DNA from: a bacterium
GTDB taxonomy: Bacteria > UBA10199 > 2-02-FULL-44-16 > JAAZCA01
Length of the DNA stretch: 64,000 nucleotides
NCBI GenBank assembly: GCA_963674695.2
Contig: CAXXGI010000002.1
Location: forward strand, 32,001-96,000
Direction of reading: 5' to 3'
Shown: piece by piece, positions 60,819-64,000 of the stretch
Position numbering within the stretch: position 1 is the first letter of the stretch
How the letters are laid out: each line of letters begins with the position of its first letter
Notes under the pieces: model-generated
The model's database searches: none
The model's input: the letters and a program-made list of their open reading frames with translations, nothing else
Told to the model about the DNA's origin: nothing
Translations under genes and position numbers: made by a program

Positions 60819-61736
60819 CTACTCCATCTCCTGAATCCAACCTTCATCGAGGCCGAAGCGGTGTAAGATCGCTTCGGCCTCTTTAAATTCTGTTTTGGTG
60901 ATGCGGCGACCCAGGAGCGCATCGTCGACGGCGCGGTCGGCGGGGAAGTACTGGCTCATGAGGTTGACGGGCACCTCAGGCGAGAGCTCGGTGGCGATGA
61001 AGCGAAAGACCTCCTCGGGCGAATCGAGAAGACCCGGGAGCACCAGGTGTCGGATGAGCATCCCGCGCACGCCGATGCCGTCGTCATCACAGACGAGCGC
61101 GCCCACCTGACGAAACATCTCTTTCACCGCCGGACGGACGTGCTCCCAGTAGTCCGGGGCGTCCGAGCAGCGCGCCGCCGCATCGCGCGTGGCATACTTG
61201 ATGTCGGGCATGTAGATGTCGATGACCCCGTCGAGGAGTTTTAAGGCATCGAGACCTTCGTAGCCGGAGGAGTTGTAGACGATAGGGATCGTGAGTCCCT
61301 CGCGTGCGGCGATCGCGAGTCCCGCCAAAAATTGCGGCACGACGTGCGAGGGGGTGACGAGGTTCAAGTTGTGCGCCCCGCGCTTCTGGAGGTTCAGCAT
61401 CTTTTGCGCCAAGACCTTCGGTGGCGCGGGTTCGCCGTGTCCCATCTGGCTGATCGGATAGTTCTGGCAGAAGCGGCAGCGCAGATTGCAGCCGGCAAAG
61501 AAGATCGTCCCCGAGCCGCGCGTCCCCGTGATCGGCGGCTCCTCCCCCATGTGGATGTTCGCACTGGCGACTTTACACACCTTCCCTGCCCGGCAGATGC
61601 CCAACTCACCCTGCAGGCGATCGACATCACACGCGCGCGGACAGAGTCGGCATTCCTTCATCAAGCGATAGGCGACGCCTGCGCGGCGCGCGAGCTCGCC
61701 GGATTGGGCAAGGTTGAGATAGGCGGGAGGTGACAT
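60819..61736 (-). CDS. Radical SAM protein, PflX-like
   Basis: CRLCPRAC, HMGEEPPITG, GTIFFAGCNLRCRFCQN, NLVTPSH, IYMPDIKY, RHLVLPG. Confidence 0.9.
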   Translation of the reverse strand: MSPPAYLNLAQSGELARRAGVAYRLMKECRLCPRACDVDRLQGELGICRAGKVCKVASANIHMGEEPPITGTRGSGTIFFAGCNLRCRFCQNYPISQMGHGEPAPPKVLAQKMLNLQKRGAHNLNLVTPSHVVPQFLAGLAIAAREGLTIPIVYNSSGYEGLDALKLLDGVIDIYMPDIKYATRDAAARCSDAPDYWEHVRPAVKEMFRQVGALVCDDDGIGVRGMLIRHLVLPGLLDSPEEVFRFIATELSPEVPVNLMSQYFPADRAVDDALLGRRITKTEFKEAEAILHRFGLDEGWIQEME

Positions 61737-61829
61737 GGTGCGCCACGAATAGCGCGCTCCAGATCTTCGCGCAAGAGCTTCCCCGACTCCTGTCGACTGT
61801 GATCGGGGCGCAATCCCCCGGGGCAGGGT

Positions 61830-62468
61830 TTACTCGTTCTCTTTCCGATCGGTCTCCTGCGACGGGGCAACCCCAACAACCTGCCGGACCTGTCCGACGC
61901 ACATCGGATTTGCATCATGTTGGACGATCTCGGTTTTGCTGCCGCCCTTGAACTGGACATAGACGCGAATCGAGAGTTCGTACACATCACCGATCTTTGT
62001 GAGGAATGCCTTCACCTTTTTTAGGGCTTTGTCATCATCCGGAATTCCCGCTGGCACGACGTGTTTTGCACCCTTTCCCTTGGCGCCCTTCTCGGCGAGG
62101 ACAACCTGAGCGCTAAAGCCGAAGACCGCTTTGCCCTTCCACTTTCCTCCGACCTCCAAGCGTTTCCCATCGTACCACATCGCCTTGAGGTCGCTGATCT
62201 TCTCGTGGCTGATACTCACGGAAGGCTTGAACTCGGCCTCGCTAGGGGAAATTCTTTCAAAGAGAACCTCCTTTTCCACATCGGTGATGAGGACCTCGGC
62301 GCCGATCGGAGTTAATCTCGTTTCAGAACCATTTTCATCGACGGTGAGGTCTATGTAGCGGTTGAGCATCACCATGTCCTCCACACCGTCATTGTTGACA
62401 TCGGTGATATAGATCAGATCGAATCGGCACTCCGGCAGCGCTGGTTTTATGCTATTATTCCCAGACAT
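61830..62468 (-). CDS. Hypothetical protein (DVNNDGVED Ca-binding-like motif)
   Basis: GAGG RBS; 212-aa ORF; has a disrupted paralog at 63201-64000. Confidence 0.7.
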   Translation of the reverse strand: MSGNNSIKPALPECRFDLIYITDVNNDGVEDMVMLNRYIDLTVDENGSETRLTPIGAEVLITDVEKEVLFERISPSEAEFKPSVSISHEKISDLKAMWYDGKRLEVGGKWKGKAVFGFSAQVVLAEKGAKGKGAKHVVPAGIPDDDKALKKVKAFLTKIGDVYELSIRVYVQFKGGSKTEIVQHDANPMCVGQVRQVVGVAPSQETDRKENE

Positions 62469-62530
62469 GGTATCCTCGTTTTCTCATTCCGACCCATCAC
62501 GATGTCATTCCCTCTTTTTAGAGGTGTCCA

Positions 62531-62989
62531 TCAATCATATTTTTCGTCGCTGGTGTGCCAGGCTCTGAATATATATCCATTTTCTATTTCTGTGATCGTC
62601 AGCACTCCCGAATAGACAGTCGTTATGCAATTAACGCTAGTCACATCCTGCTGGGTTCCATCGAACTCCGGAGGAAGAAATCCAAGTTGCTGCTGGATCG
62701 GCTCGCGTGACGCCTTGGTGGTCGTCGTCCTACACCACCTCTCATCGGGATGCTCCTTGAGCAACCGCGCAGCTTTCTCGAGGGATTCAAGAAGTCAGTC
62801 GAGGTCCATCGCGTCGAATGACATCCACTCCTTGCGGATGCCGTGATTCTTCATGGCCGAATTGGCAAGGCGAACCTCCTTCTTGCTGAACGACTTCTTC
62901 TTGTCGCGCCTCTCGATCGCCAGCAGATCGTGCAGAGCATTCTTCACGCGCTGACGCGGCAACACAATTTTCGTAGTTATTCTGTCCAT
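62531..62989 (-). pseudogene. Hypothetical gene (about 152 codons) interrupted by one in-frame TGA
   Basis: ORFs 62795..62989 and 62531..62764 share a frame: ...MDLD*LLESLEKAARLLKEHP...; AAGGAGGAG RBS. Confidence 0.6.
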
Positions 62990-63025
62990 GACTCTCCTCC
63001 TTTTGAAATTCGTTCGTTATCACAT

Positions 63026-63052
63026 GTATCGCACTTCGCAGCGCTTTGTTGC
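63026..63052 (-). promoter_or_regulatory. Putative alternative-sigma promoter (variant CAACAA-N14-CGAT)
   Basis: GCAACAAAGCGCTGCGAAGTGCGATAC, about 37 nt before ATG 62989. Confidence 0.45.
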
Positions 63053-63200
63053 GCAAAAATGCGATTTTTAGCGAGAAATTGTCCATGAAGAAACGTCACT
63101 ATTTTTAATTTTTAATCGGTCTCCTTCCGCGTGGAGTTTTCCTTGGCGAGCCACTCGTCCAAAGGGATGAACGACATCGTCATGGGTGTGACCGCGCGTG

Positions 63201-63356
63201 TCATCGCTTCGGCGAATGCCTTGCTCTTTGATTGCAGGTCGTGCCGATGAGATTTATGTAGCGGTCGAGCGACACCGTATCCTCCACGCCGTCCTTGTTG
63301 ACGTCGGTGATGTAGATCAGATCGAATCGGCACTCCGGCAGCACTGGTTTTATACT
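63201..63356 (-). pseudogene. IS-disrupted, truncated paralog of 61830..62468
   Basis: IKPVLPECRFDLIYITDVNKDGVEDTVSLDRYI matches IKPALPECRFDLIYITDVNNDGVEDMVMLNRYI; its 5' end resumes after the IS at the window edge. Confidence 0.8.
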
Positions 63357-63991
63357 AGTGAGTTCAAGAATCTAGCGCAATGGGGTAAGGAACCCGAATG
63401 CGCATACACGAACGGCGGTACAGGCGATTGACGAACGAGGAACGAGAGGAAATCAGCCGTGGGCTGGCCAGGGGTGAAAGGGGAGCTGAGATCGCAAGGC
63501 GATTGGGACGAGAGCCAATACGTGCTGCCGCGAGGCGAGCTCAAGCGGATACTGATCTCGGCCCTGCGGCAGGAACGCTGGTGGAACGGACGACGCGCAC
63601 GACTTTGTTGGTTCGGCTGGGAGCGAAGAAGGACGCGACGAGCGTGCGAAAGGCCTATGCGCGGCGGATGCGGGAATTGCCGAAGGAGTTGGCGAAGTCC
63701 CTGACGTACGATCAGGGGAAAGAGATGAGCCAACACCGGCAGTTCACGACTGAGACGGGGATCACGGTCTACTTTGCCCATCCTGGGTCGCCGTGGGAGC
63801 GAGGGACGAACGAGAACACGAACGGGCTCATTCGGCAGTTCTTCCCGAAAGGGACGGATTTTACGAAGGTGTCAGCAAGAGAGATCAGACACGTGGAGAG
63901 GCTTCTGAATGGTCGCCCACGCAAATCGCTTCACTGGCAGACTCCGGATGAAGCCTTCAACTTACTTTTGCGCTAGATTCTTGAAACCAAG
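63357..63991 (+). mobile_element. Internally deleted IS30-family element (about 635 bp)
   Basis: Perfect 18-bp inverted repeats TTCAAGAATCTAGCGCAA (63363-63380 and 63968-63985); CT(A) target duplication. Confidence 0.9.
63398..63976 (+). pseudogene. IS30-family transposase, internally deleted (192 aa)
   Basis: HTH LTNEEREEI...IARRLGR joined to TLVERTTR, SLTYDQGKEM, YFAHPGSPWERGTNENTNGLIRQFFPKG, LNGRPRKSL; middle region including the GHWEGD context is missing. Confidence 0.88.
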
Positions 63992-64000
63992 CTATTATTC

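Overview
This is a GC-rich bacterial chromosomal window spanning the replication origin (yidC-yidD-rnpA-rpmH <> dnaA-oriC-dnaN-recF-gyrB). It also holds gap-pgk-tpiA-secG-tRNA-Leu(GAG) and mnmE-fic-mnmG, interleaved with many orphan genes. Gene content (MYXO-CTERM-like protein, HpnN/HpnO-like genes) suggests a deltaproteobacteria-like lineage; this is inference. Main observations: (1) a recurrent two-part promoter-like motif, (G/A)CAACTT-N14-16-CGAT(A/G), sits about 20-50 nt upstream of nine orphan genes or operons and was not seen by eye before housekeeping genes; most of the products lack Sec signal peptides yet several carry lytic or extracellular-type domains (M23, C25 gingipain-like, PKD, JAB-like), suggesting an undescribed sigma-factor regulon of possible effectors. 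(2) The archaeal-type Glu-tRNA(Gln) amidotransferase pair GatD and GatE occurs here in a bacterium. (3) There are abundant small repeats: dRS3-like REP doublets, MITE-like inverted-repeat elements next to oriC and before mnmG, heptamer repeats inside coding loops, and an 11-bp phased array before fic. (4) Several orphan genes show recent lesions: an 8-bp slippage frameshift, an in-frame TGA, and an internally deleted IS30 with a visible target duplication. All calls are by eye from motifs; no searches were run.
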